Shown in pieces: positions 43,098 to 56,790 of a DNA stretch of 64,000 bases. The stretch spans positions 3,100,001 through 3,164,000 of the forward strand of contig NC_043009.1 in assembly GCF_006345805.1 (NCBI RefSeq), written 5' to 3'. The translations under genes and the position numbers were made by a program. Numbering within the stretch: position 1 is the stretch's first letter; each line of letters starts with the position of its first letter. The notes beneath the pieces were generated by a model. The model was not told the DNA's origin, did no database searches, and worked only from the letters and a program-made list of their open reading frames with translations. The DNA comes from Octopus sinensis (taxonomy: Eukaryota).

Positions 43098-43146
43098 TAT
43101 ATATATAAATGTATGTATATTGTATATACAACATATGTATAAATAC

Positions 43147-43196
<50 letters not shown>

Positions 43197-43205
43197 ATAT
43201 ATGCA
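42985..43205. repeat. (AT)n microsatellite block
   Basis: Direct reading. Confidence 0.9.
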
Positions 43206-43832
43206 ATATATGAACGTATATATTTGTGTGCAACGTTGTACAGATGTTTATCATAATGAATTTACACATATACATATGCGTTTGTGTGGTGTATGCATTT
43301 GTACTCCTATGGTATTTGTGTGTTCCCCATATTCCGCTCTTCTGATAATGTTGTTGATACTCTGAATAGCAGCATATATTATATACCAACATATTTATTA
43401 GACATTCAGTTTATATTGTTATCACGTCCCTTATACTGTCTTTGGATTAATGTTGTGTACACAAATGCCGTGCTTAGGCAGAAGCAAAATGCAGGTGAGC
43501 TAAAATATGCTTCTGGGATATTTCAACTACCAAAAGGCAAGTTGACCTCAGTTACCGTGGAGAAATTTGTCTCTTATGGCAAAAACTTGTAAAAAAAAAA
43601 TATCTGTCCAGTATCACCAGTTATCAGCATTCCGTGACATAGTTGTTTCTAGCTCATTAATCGTTATCAATGGGAAATCCCTAATAGAGACCACTCTGGA
43701 CAGACTTTGTAAAGCTTTATCTAAATTACAGTCAACTACGTTCACTAATTTGCGTCAGTATGCTGCCAGATCTACTGGCACAGATCTAAAGAGAGATAAA
43801 TAGATAGTGAGAGAGAAAAAGAGTGAGCATGT

Positions 43833-43863
<31 letters not shown>

Positions 43864-45702
43864 CGTGTCAGATAGGAAAAAAGTGAGAGAGCGAGTAAGA
43901 CTGATACAAAGATAAATTTTGAGAGTGATTGGCATGCAGAATCACGGACGTGCAGATGCATTCGAAGATATATAAAAATTAAGGTATATATATGAATATA
44001 GAGTTGTACCGTGGATTCCTCAGTTTTCGAAAATTGCAATGGAAAAAGGGAGGATCACAATAAATGCGAGGAAGTAGATATCGACAAAGTTGAAAGTTAA
44101 TGAGGTATAACTCTAATCCACGAAATTTCTGGAGAATGGTGTCTTAACAAAAAGCGAGTGTAGCGAATAAAACCAGTCTGTTAAATGACAAAGAATAACA
44201 AAAATAATTAAACCAAAAACAGCAACAAGAACAACAATAGGTGCAGTAATATTTTTAGCAGCCACAACAGCAACAAAAATTGGTAAAAATAATAAGGAGA
44301 AAAATTTCGACAGCCACAAGAAAAATAACGCATGTTTAACAAATATAACGAGAGAATTTACAAACTTAAATGTCAATATAAGAACAATAGCTGTTGTGGC
44401 AACATCAACAATAACGGTACTGACGATAGCAACAACAACGACTGTTAGCAATTCGCAATTTCACAGTTGCTTTGTTGCTTGGAAGGACAGTTGTGATTTA
44501 ACGAAGTTCGATCACAAACTGCAAATCATTAAAAAAAAAATCGAGTATTTGGTTTAAATAAATTTGTCCAGAATAATATATAGAGACTGATTATAGAAAT
44601 GGTACCAAGTTTCTACTGAAACCGCATGAAAATTGGTTTAGGACATTTTAGGAGTATTCTAAAGTCGGGAAGCAATTTTCGAATTGTCAAGACAAAATGC
44701 TTGATTGCCTTCAATTAGCAACATGTAAAACGATGAAGATGACCTTCTCAACTGCATATGCCAATCTACGGCGGATATCAACGTGTTGTATTTACACATG
44801 TTGTTTTACATCGGCATGAAATACATCAGCTCAATGATCACAACTCACTAGACCTCATCGAAATCATGATAACCAGAATGTCTTCCCTTCCTTCAATCAC
44901 TCAACTTTTGGCCCACTACGACGGTTACACCTTATCTGAAGGGCACCGATCGAGTGGTGCATCACTGCGATCGTGGTAAGGCATAGGCTTACAGATAAAC
45001 CGGAACTGCTTATCCAAACAATGCTTGTGAAACATAATGTAAGTTACTGATTTTACGGTTATATTTGTTGTTATTTCGAATTTCGTCTCTACTCTGCCTT
45101 GTTTTATTTCTGTTCAAAATGCCAGTCAATTTTTTTTTTCAGTCAAGTCCGCAATAGCCGTTCCGATATATACAAAATGAGTCTCTGTTTAAAAAGAAAA
45201 TCTTGAAGACAGACCTGAAAAATATAGAGAAATCTAAGAGCTAGAATTTTAAACACTTGAATTACTCTTCAGCAATTCAACACCTTCTATTAGTAGTAGA
45301 TTAAAAATTTATGGGAAGTGATTTGATTAAAATTATATCAGCATTTATTTGGCAAGAATTAAGAAAATTATTGTTGACCACAAAGTCATCTGAATTCAGA
45401 CGGAAACTTGGTGAAACATATATTGTAATTTATGCTTTAGAGCAGTGGACACGAAAATTATTGTCCAGTTTAATTTAACAACAGAAATTTAACACAGAAA
45501 ACAAAGAAAGAATAAAAGAAGAGAAAATGCGAGTTAACCATACGACAAAGTGTAAATATTTAACAACTAGGATAAATGTTCGCTTTTTAAAAGAAACAAA
45601 GTCGATAACTATAATAACAACGGCGGTCACAGCGATAGAAGCAACAGCCACAATCAGGAAGTTTAATATACACTTCACATATAAACTTTTGTACAACATC
45701 AT

Positions 45703-46215
<513 letters not shown>

Positions 46216-48303
46216 ATCAAACAAACGCACAGCTATATTCACAAAAAGAAGAAATGAATGGGTTGTTTGGATGTGCAAACCCTGAAAGAGAATTCAGAAA
46301 ATTTCCTATTTTATGGTTCATGTAATATTACATCAAACAAACGAATTCTCGGTATGGTTTATCTGTTACAATGAATATCTCTTTGGCGGAATTAAACAAC
46401 ATAGAATTTTGGCCCTTGATGGAAGAGTGTGAAAAAATAAAAAAAAAAAAAGAATAAATATGACAAGTTCTGCTGATCAAATAACGAATTAGCTTTCGTC
46501 ATGCCTAGGAAATAGTAACTGCAGCAATGTGTCTTGCATTGTTTGAGAAAGAAAATAGGGATATGTGTGCGTCAAATTCAAATTAGACGCCGAGGTAAAA
46601 AAAAACAGAAAAGCATATAACAAATCAAGGTGGTCAGTTACCGATATCTCGGTATATGAGACTGTGCAGCCAAGAATTACGATACGATATTTAAGGATGT
46701 TAAAATGTGGTTCGGCATTATTTTTTGTGTAGATTTGTTCGGTGTTAAGCCCTAAAGTAGTCGAAGTGAAAACAAATATTGGGGTAAAGTCTATTGAGAT
46801 ATTTATCCCAACTCTAAGAGAATGATGTTTATCTGTAGGACGATGCCTTTCCGATTCAGCCTTGCAACGATTGTTTTAATGAACCCGAGAAAGATGGAGT
46901 ATTTTGAAAATGAATCCTATCCTGAGGGCTGAACAGAACTCCACGGCACTCATGGGCAATGGCTGCAGTCCAAACGATAGAAGTGACACTTGGTCTTTTA
47001 CTTTGAGGAGAAATATAAATGGATTGCTGTCCAATCACCAAAGTAAAATTTGATGCAGGAGGCTGCTTTCCAAAGACTGGAAAAGTGGAGACATATGACC
47101 AGTTGTTTTGCGAAGGAATTTGAACGTTTTCTCGTTCACAGGAGTAAAAGAACACGTGTGCTAGTTCAGTAAACGGATCGTAAGGACAAGTTCATATACT
47201 TTTCGTATTGAAATAAGGATGCGAATAGTCCAAACGAATGTTAAACTGTTTTAGACGTTCCATACGATAAAAGAGTCTATTCAAGAAATTTTAACACCGA
47301 AATGAAGGCACGCAGAATAAAAGAATGAAGGGCAACCCTTTTCCGGAAAGAAACCGAGTGTAGAAACAACACGCTCTTGCTTTAGAAACAATGTAGTACT
47401 AAGACCTCATGGACTGCCAGTATGAACTGTGTCTTTTGAAAACTTAGGCAATATAAAAATCAGTCCCAGGTTTTTGCGTGTATTCACGCAGCAGAAATAT
47501 CTTAAAGATAACGCAATTTTGACAAAAATTAGCTGCACGGTAGCTCTGAATTTTCAATCCTCATATTCTTCTCCATCCATCTTAATGTTGATACAACTCG
47601 ATTTACTTTCTTGATAGGGTTAAAATTCCAGAATATGTACTGGATAATTTCATATTTGCTAGGATTTGCATTTTATTTTCCAGTCGCTATGTTCATGTAT
47701 GGATTGAAAAGTTTCCGGTTATTAACGACCCAGAGTATTAATGTGTTTGCCTGAATTATCTATGACGCTTTTGGAATGACATTGTGAGCTGAGTCAACGG
47801 AAACATTTTCTGTATTTAACAACAGACTGTGGTCAACTGTTTGCAGATATAAAGCTAATGTATTATGGTACTACTTCCTCTATCGGTTGAATGTAAACAT
47901 GTTTCTGCTGTTTATGGCCTCATTTCGTTGATGAAACAAGCAGGAAAATGCATATATCATGTAGAAACACTGTCGCATAGGACTCACAGATAAGAGTTAG
48001 TCGTTCCTTCAAATTTTGTTTCCTACGATATTTATTTGTTTCAAACAAGCAAGGCTTAAATGTGCAACACCGGAGCAGCTGTCATATAAAGACTTTCCGC
48101 TCATATCCCATACTGCTGTTTGCAAATTTAGTGTTTTAAATTTAACTTAAAATCCCACAACGAAAATTTGTTTAAAACTGGATTTAAAATCCCTAAATAT
48201 GTTAACGATTACAACCGACATAATTTAACACGATATAAACATTTTGAAAAATACATTGCTTCAGTTTGCTGTTGCTGCTGCACCTGGATAAACAGCAACC
48301 GCA

Positions 48304-48645
48304 GGAGGCGCAATGGCCCAGTGGTTAGGGCAGCGGACTCGCAGTCGGAGGATCGCTGTTTCGATTCCCAAACCGGGCGCTGTGTGTGTTTATTGAGCGA
48401 AAGCACCTAAAGCTGCACGACGCTCCGGCAGGGGGTGGTGGCGACCCCTGTTGTACTCTTTCGCCCCAACTTTCTCTAAGTCTTTCTTCCTGTTTCCTGT
48501 CCCCGACTTCCTACGCAACCGCTGAGCCTGTGTCGGGGATTGACCTGCTTTCTCTTCTGTGGGTCTTACGAATAGCATAGGACCACGTTTCGGACCGCTC
48601 GGACCGGACCGCTCAACAGCAACAGCAACAGCAGCAACCGCAGCA
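48304..48645 (+). mobile_element. tRNA-derived SINE, head B + distinct tail W ending in (AACAGC)n-like repeats
   Basis: Head B as at 18096; after ttcttcctgtttc the sequence differs from tails X, Y and Z. Confidence 0.8.
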
Positions 48646-49895
48646 ATTGGCACCAGCAGAATAATAAAAAAATTCAGCAGGCAGCTGTTGCTTCAGACAT
48701 TTATGTTATTATAATACCATGATATTATCACAACCTTCAAGAATCTACTCGTAGTGAATACTTGTTATGCTCACAGTTATTTCTCCCGTTGTAGCTTTCA
48801 TTCATGGTTTTGTCGATCAGTAATAGTTCATAACAGTTCATGCGTCTTTGCAGCACCCTTCCGCTCTTTATAAAACAGATTGCATTTATCCATGTGTCTA
48901 TTTATCCCCTGTGAGATGATTGCAGCAAAGGCTTTTTAAACTAGAGAAAGGCACTTTAGAGGTGCCTATTTGTCTACGTTACATAGTTTAACCAGAGATT
49001 TAGAATTTTAACCTTTGCAGCTAACTTCTAGTTGTTTGTTTAATTGGCATCTGCGCCACTTTCTGTCATGAGCTTGTGACGGCCTCCCACGGTTGTTCAG
49101 TGATACATGTTGCAATACTCTTACACACTTCATCTCGAGGATATATTGGCTGTCTATATAGCTATGAATGATTCTTCATCATTTCTTGTAATTAATATTG
49201 CACAGTTATTTTTTTATATTTAGTCAGTTCGAATAAAACTGTTTTTGGCTTCCCGTTGAGCTGTCAGCTTTCTTCAAAAAACAAAAAACACTTTCGATCT
49301 TCAAGTGGCTGGATCGTTTTGCGCTTTAGTGTAGAGACCATCTAACAGGCGTTCTCTTATTTTGTGTACTGCTCTGTTTTGCAGTGTCATACAACAGATT
49401 TCTTTCTCCATCTTATTTTAGTAGTGTCTGCGTAAAGTGGTTAGTCTCTTACTGTCCAATACAATGATTTGGCAAGAGTTAATTAGCCATAAATTTATAA
49501 GTGGCTTACAGCTTTGGACAAAATGCCTTCCGGTTCTTTACATTTTGATTGCAAATCCCACTGAGTTAAATCGGCCTTTCATCTCTCCGAGGAAGATAAA
49601 ATAATGTGAAATTATGGCACTACTTCCTCTATCGGTTGAATGTAAACATGTCACCGACAAACGACACACCACAAAATGGCTATCCTTGTGCTTAAATTAG
49701 AAATAATAATTACGGTTTGTGAGCTGGCAGATTTGATAGAGAGTCGGAAAATGTTTTGCGGCAGCTATTGATATTCTTGACTTTGTGACATCCACCAGGG
49801 TTAACTTTCCTTATCCGCTATTGATAAAATAAGATATTGGCATCGATGTTATCAGCTTGATCCTTCCACCCACCAATACTAACTCGTTCCTGACA

Positions 49896-50260
49896 AGCTG
49901 GCAGAAACGTTAGCACGCCGGGCGAAATGCTTAGCAGTATTTCGTCTGCCGCTACGTTCTGAGTTCAAATTTCGCCAAGGTCGAATTTGCCTTTCATCCT
50001 TTCGGGGTCGATTAAATAAGTACCAGTTACGCACTAGGGTCGATATAATTAACTTAATCCCTTTGTCTGTCCTTGTTTGTTTTCTATGTGTTTAGCCCCT
50101 TGTGGGTAGTAAAGAAATAGTTGTTCGTCTCTCTGTGTAGGTTGAGTTGAAATTCCACCTTGGTCGACTTTACTTTTCATCCATTCGAGGTCGATAAAAT
50201 AAGAAGCAGCTGACCACTGAGGACGATGTAATCGAATTACCCGAAATTTCTTGCCTTTTA
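49896..50260 (+). mobile_element. SINE family D with duplicated body; degenerate copies nearby (about 49478-49610 and 49716-49830)
   Basis: agctggcagaaacgttagcacgccgggcgaaatgcttagc...; reverse match to 5860-6249. Confidence 0.88.
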
Positions 50261-50294
50261 CTAAAACATACAACCATATTTTTTTTGTTATTAT

Positions 50295-50620
50295 TTGATT
50301 CGTTCATATTCCTCGTAAGATCTATGTGAATAGCGGATTACTACGTGTAACCTTAGGTATACACAAGTTTTCAGTAGACTTAGAACCCTCCTGATAATCC
50401 TTGCTGTCCTCAAGAGACAAACTTTCTGGAAGCGATCTACAGGGCATTCTATTCCAATATCCTTCATCCATTTGCCTATATCTTTGCTAACAGTTCCCAA
50501 CGCACCAAATATTACAGGTATGATCTTAAGAGTCCTCATACACCAAATACTTCCTATTTCAAATTTTAAGAGATAGTAATTTTTTTTTTTCGTGCTCGTT
50601 CTGGAATCCAACAACCATGA
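50295..50620 (-). mobile_element. R4/Dong-clade LINE extreme 3' end
   Basis: LKFEIGSIWCMRTLKIIPVIFGALGTVSKDIGKWMKDIGIECPVDRFQKVCLLRTARIIRRVL. Confidence 0.88.
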
Positions 50621-50623
50621 TGG

Positions 50624-51121
<498 letters not shown>

Positions 51122-51155
51122 AGTATATATGTGTTTATATATATGCATATATACA

Positions 51156-51301
51156 ATTGCAGCATGGAAGGTGTTTATAAGCCATTTAAAAACACAAAAC
51201 ACATCCATTAGATTCACTTCAACTTTAACTAGTGAAAATATTTTCGTCGCTTAGAAACCACGACTTGTTCACTGGCTTATAAACACCTTCCACTCTGCAA
51301 T
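51156..51301. repeat. Small fold-back element, 29 bp arms
   Basis: attgcagcatggaaggtgtttataagcca versus tggcttataaacaccttccactctgcaat (2 mismatches). Confidence 0.8.
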
Positions 51302-51362
51302 AGTTTTCGTTTCAGTACACAATGTCGGATCAAGTCACTTGCTATGCAAGTACATATCAGTA

Positions 51363-51398
<36 letters not shown>

Positions 51399-52304
51399 TT
51401 ATACACACACACATATATATATAACATATACATATATATGTATGAATATATGTGTGTATGTGTCTTCGTGTCCGTGCTTGTCCCCCACCACCGCTTGAAA
51501 AGTAATGTTGATGCGACAGCCCTCTCCCCTTACTTGACGTTTCGGCAAAAAGGACTAAATACCAAGCTTAAGGAAAAAGAAGTACTCGGGCGGATACATT
51601 CGTCCAAAAGTTCTTCAACACGTTGCCCCATTATGGCCACAGTCTAATAACTGCAACAATAAAATATAAAAGGTTAATGATAAGCTTTGAGAGATGGTTT
51701 ATTTTCATTATTTTCGAAATAGTTTGTCATCTTGCTGCGACTCTTTTAAGTATAACACCTCCTAATATCTGTCTGAAATTTGTGTTAATATCCCGGCCTT
51801 TTGATCTTGTTCAAAGTGTGCTCGTATCGGTTTCCTGATTCGGAATTCACCTTCAAAGGACTTGCTTATTTTATCCAAGTATTAAAATAATTTCGACTGG
51901 GCTTCCAAAGAGCTGTGAAATATACGAAAGGTGTGCTGGGCTATCTTTTAAGGATCAGTTCTTTTTTAGGTGAGCGGTATCTTTGCTTCATGGGTGGTAT
52001 ATACCTAATCTCTGATTTTGTTGCGTATCATTGTCACTTTCAAAATGTCTACAGGGCCTCTAGGTTCATCACAAGATGAGTTGCGACGATAATGCTGGGA
52101 GCAGGTATATGGAAATCGTTTAGTATTTCCCGTTGCAAGAGTTACCGAAATTTCTATGTTTACATTGAAGGATGCAAGCAGGTTTCTATGGATAGACATA
52201 TGTATGTATGAATACATGTATGTATGTATGTATGTGTATATATACCTGAACGCATGACTGTCATACTGTGTATATATATATTATATATATATATCTCGCA
52301 ATCG

Positions 52305-52347
<43 letters not shown>

Positions 52348-52389
52348 AAATAGAAAGATCAATAATCTTGTAGCAGATTAATCAAAAGT

Positions 52390-52810
52390 TTAACCGATAC
52401 CTTGGTAGCAAAAATCACAGCAGAAGACAGCACGGTTGGAGGTACAACCATATGGTGTTGCAACCGTGCGTTGGTGCGGATAATTGAATTTTAATATTAT
52501 TACACACCCCGTGCCCTCATCCACAGGAATGACCGCTGCCTGACCCGTTAAAATCTTCAACGCACCCACCACCCGTTCTCAACATACACTGATAAACAGT
52601 TTGACCATGGGCTCTTAGGAGCCTAGTTCGATTTGTTTTGCTCCGCCTCTGTTCTGTTTTTGTTTTTTCCAAAGGATTTCCTATTTCTTCCTGAAGAGAA
52701 AGACACAATATGGTCTCATTATTCAATCGGATTTTGGTAAATTGTGCCTTTCGAAACACGTGTAGAATGAAATAAAACGATTTCTGTTCAATCTTCGTTG
52801 AGCTCCATTT
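52390..52810 (+). mobile_element. Probable Penelope-like element 3' end or terminal repeat
   Basis: Decayed P.LN...W-type ending of a GIY-YIG region, then a hammerhead and AATAAA (52771-52776), flanked by (AT)n. Confidence 0.55.
52682..52774 (+). ncRNA. Type I hammerhead ribozyme candidate with palindromic short stem III
   Basis: CTGAAGA 52691-97; 12 bp stem II (G52698-C52752 closing, one A.C); GAAA 52753-56; stem III ACACGTGT; GUA triplet; 9 bp stem I with bulged U52768. Confidence 0.85.
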
Positions 52811-52826
52811 CTTCAATTCACTATAT

Positions 52827-52857
<31 letters not shown>

Positions 52858-52876
52858 GAAGTTATATATATAAAGT

Positions 52877-52945
<69 letters not shown>

Positions 52946-53895
52946 CATCTTCATGTACATATATCTATATGTATATATATGTATATGTATGTGTGCATAT
53001 ATTCAAACTCATACATATTTATATGTGTATAATCACATGATGTACATGTATACATGTGTATATATATATATATGCGTGGTGTGTGTGTGTGTGTGTGTGT
53101 GAGTGTGTCTGTGTGTGTGTGTGTACGTGTGCATCTGTGTGTGTATGCATATATATACTACATTCAGATATTTATATAATAATTGAGATGTTAAGTAACA
53201 CTAGCTAGTGATTGGAACATTATGTGTTTCCGTCTCTGACGTTCACATCTCACCAAATACTAACAGAATATGATAAACGGACAATGTTACTTATTAAATA
53301 TACGATGGTGTTTTCAATGCTTTTGGGGGTTCCATTTGACTGATTATTCTATTTCCTGTGTTTTCATTTTTATTGTTTTGGAATGGTATTATGTTAAGTA
53401 TTTTTTCTTTATGTTTTGTTATGTTGATTTTTTTATGCAGAGTTTTGCTTTGTTTATTTCTTTCTACTGTAGACGTTTCTTTTTTGCCCAGACCACCTTG
53501 AAATGTCAAATTTATATAATACACGTAGAGTAAATAGTCTCATGACCTACCTATATATCGCTGTATCTATCTAGATAATTGTTAATTTAACATGAATATC
53601 CGCATACACACGGACACCTACAAACACTCAGGCCGACACACATATACACACACAAACTCACCTCCACCCAACATAAAATAAACAAATATGTACGCATTCA
53701 CATCGCTATTATACATATATGTGTATTTGTGAGTGCATATGTATGTATACTTGTACGTATATGTGTGTAGGAATGCGTGTATGTGCACTTGCATATCTAT
53801 ATCTTATTTTGTATGTATATGTATATATATATCTATATATATATATATATATATATCATATATATATACACTACATATATATTTTCTTATATAAG

Positions 53896-53957
<62 letters not shown>

Positions 53958-54438
53958 ATATATATATACTTATATAGAAAATATATATGTAGTGTATATA
54001 TATATATGATATATATATATGAGTATATGTGTGCCCGTAGTGTTGTGTGTGAATGTATTGTAAGTCTGCATTGTAAGTCTGTTTATATTTCATACACCAT
54101 TATGGTCAGCAGACGTTTGCTACTTCTGTATATACACATAGATTACATTATGTTATATTAAATCAACATCTTAGGAGTTCATCGGAAACTATTGGCCATA
54201 TTCTAGTTTGTTTACGCTTTATTTCTTGTCTCTCATGCCAGTCTGTTTAAATTCGAATTTCTTTCCCAGCGTCGTCTGAGGTAATGCAAATGTGTCTTCT
54301 GCACTAGATTTGATAGACTTTTTCGTTTTGATATAAACACAGGCAGACACAGATGTACGTATATCCGTATCTGGTGATAAATATGATAAATACACACACA
54401 CATGGATATATATCTGTGTGTGTACGTTCGCGGGCCTT

Positions 54439-54505
<67 letters not shown>

Positions 54506-55008
54506 AAAGAAAAAAAAATGTAGGTGTAGACGATCTTTAATTCATTGTCCACGTCGTTACAGATCCAATAGAAATTCTACAAATTGTTTTGAAGTCTAAT
54601 TAATTCTTAAGTCAAAGACAAATAAATCCTCTTGAATTAAAAATTAGATTCTTGGTCAGGAATTACATATCGATATGAATAATAACCGCCAAAATCAATA
54701 TAAAAAGACGAAGAATCTCATTTTTATTTCAAGAAGAGTTTCTCGCTTTTGACTTTGGAATAAATGAGACTCCGAAACAACTTGTAGAATTTATATTGGA
54801 TATGTACTAACCAGGATTATGAATTAAAGATCGTCCACAACTGCATTTTCCCCTTTTCTTACACTTCATTTATTGTGTTTATTTTTGCAAAATTGAATAT
54901 ATATTCTTTATATTTATATACTAATAGAATTGGCAAGACAACAAAAGAATGAAAGAGACCTCGATGTTACGTAAATATAGGAATTTATTTGTAAATAAAA
55001 TATGGGTT

Positions 55009-55183
55009 AATTATTCGGTAGCCATTATAAAATTCCAAGTTTCGGATGTCGGTGCAGAAACGCACTCCGGCATCATTCCAGGTATCAGGCCATCAAAGAA
55101 AGTGTTATTACTGAAGTGATGCCGGCGTGAGAATCCGCCACGACATCCGAAAATCGGAGTTTTATCATGGCTACCGTATAATT
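55009..55183. repeat. 175 bp fold-back: two 73 bp arms (about 80% identical) with 29 nt loop
   Basis: 55009-55081 versus reverse complement of 55111-55183. Confidence 0.85.
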
Positions 55184-55195
55184 GTCACATATTAT

Positions 55196-55285
<90 letters not shown>

Positions 55286-55289
55286 TTTT

Positions 55290-55682
55290 ATTTTTTATTC
55301 TTTTACTTGTTCCATTCACTTGACTGCGTCCATGCTGGCGCATCGCCTTTATTCGAACAAATCGATCCCCGAAGTTATTATTTTAAGACTAGTACTTTCC
55401 TCATCGGTCTCTTTTGCCGGACCCTTAAGTTATGGGGACTTAAACACATCAACATCGGTTCTCAAGTAATAGCGGATGTGCAAAGACAGACACACCCACA
55501 CACACACACTCACATATATGTACACACGATGGACTTCTTTCAGTTTCCGTCTACCAAATCCATTCACTAGGCTTTAGTCGGCCCTAGACTATAAATAGAA
55601 AACACTTGCTTAAGGTGTCTCTCAGTGGGACTGAACCCGGGCCCAAGTGGTCAGGAAGCAAGTTCTTAACCACACAGTCTCG
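55290..55682 (-). mobile_element. SINE family C
   Basis: cttttacttgttccattcacttgactgcg...cagtttccgtctaccaaatcc...gtgggactgaacccgg. Confidence 0.88.
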
Positions 55683-56790
55683 ACATAAAAAATTGGACTT
55701 GTGCCAAATTTTGAAGCCTATATACATACCAACTTGCATATATATAGAGAGAGATACGTGCCCAGATGTATACACACCTTATTCGTTTCGTTTTGGAATA
55801 CATATTCAATTTTGTAACCAACCTCAGTCTTTACAATTTTTCCAGCGAGAATGCACGTTATATTTTAAATTTGAACATTTTCCCCGTATACTAAACGCCG
55901 GACTTAAAGATTATATTCTTTGCTTTATGATCCGTCCCTTTATATATTGTTACTAATATTTTTCCTAATATAACCAAGCGTGCTACAACCTTTCGGTATA
56001 TAATTAAAAATTATTAATCTCTGTAGAAGTCCTACTCAATCTCAATCAGTTGTCCATTGTTGTTCTCCTTCTCATTGGCTAACTAAAGGATGTTCACAAC
56101 CGCCGTGATATTGTCTTTTTTGCCATTTTCTGTTTTCTTGCTGGAACTGTTCATAGGAATGATCCAACAATATTCCTTCACACTATGTGTGTGTATATAC
56201 ATTCAATGATTGTTTTTATCCCAGGGAAGGATCTTCTGCCGATGGTTTTATATCTTGCTGTACCAGTAACAAAATATCTCCGTGGGTGTAGTACTACGAT
56301 GATATTATTGAGAAACTGCTGATAAAGCCTGTTATATCATCCACAAAAGAATGGCATTATCGACATTTACGGTTGCATATCGGGAGTTTTAGAGCTTTAT
56401 GGTTTCGTTTGTTCTTCAGTTAATTCCACACTATCTCCTAATGGATAGCAGCAAAAATATCCTTTGTGATGTGACGTGATGAGCGATAACTATTTCAAGA
56501 GTTGCTACACTTATGTCAACATTATCGTCATTCTCATTCTTTAGCAAACAACCTTATTTATAGTTCTTTTTTGAATGGTCTTTGCTGGTGGTTAGTTAGT
56601 TCTGCTATTCTACGTTCCAATGCGAAGTCACCAGCAAAGAAGCGTTTCTCGAAGAGTTCACTGCCGACCATTTCATTTGTTGAGACTTTGTCGATGTATG
56701 TATATTTTGAGGCGGTTATTTAGCAAACGCTAAGCGGAATGATAGCACATGGTGCACAACGGCTGCCTGCCTGGAACTGTTCTTATATAA

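Noticed and set aside
44250-45700. Paralogous membrane-protein exons (VKHALFFLWLSKFFS versus VKYLHFVVWLTRIFS, minus strand)
   Set aside because: Only about 60% nucleotide identity over 44 bp, within degenerate (AAC)n-like sequence that yields hydrophobic peptides by default; no splice support
46800-47400. Coding exon or LINE relic
   Set aside because: Stops in all plausible frames and no recognisable motif
48700-49460. piggyBac-like transposase C-terminus on the minus strand (RGRPS...KWRRCQ...CL)
   Set aside because: Similarity too fragmentary; no TIR or TTAA site identified
56579-56639. pre-miRNA-like hairpin ctttgctggtg...caccagcaaag
   Set aside because: Only an 11-14 bp stem with a large unpaired loop
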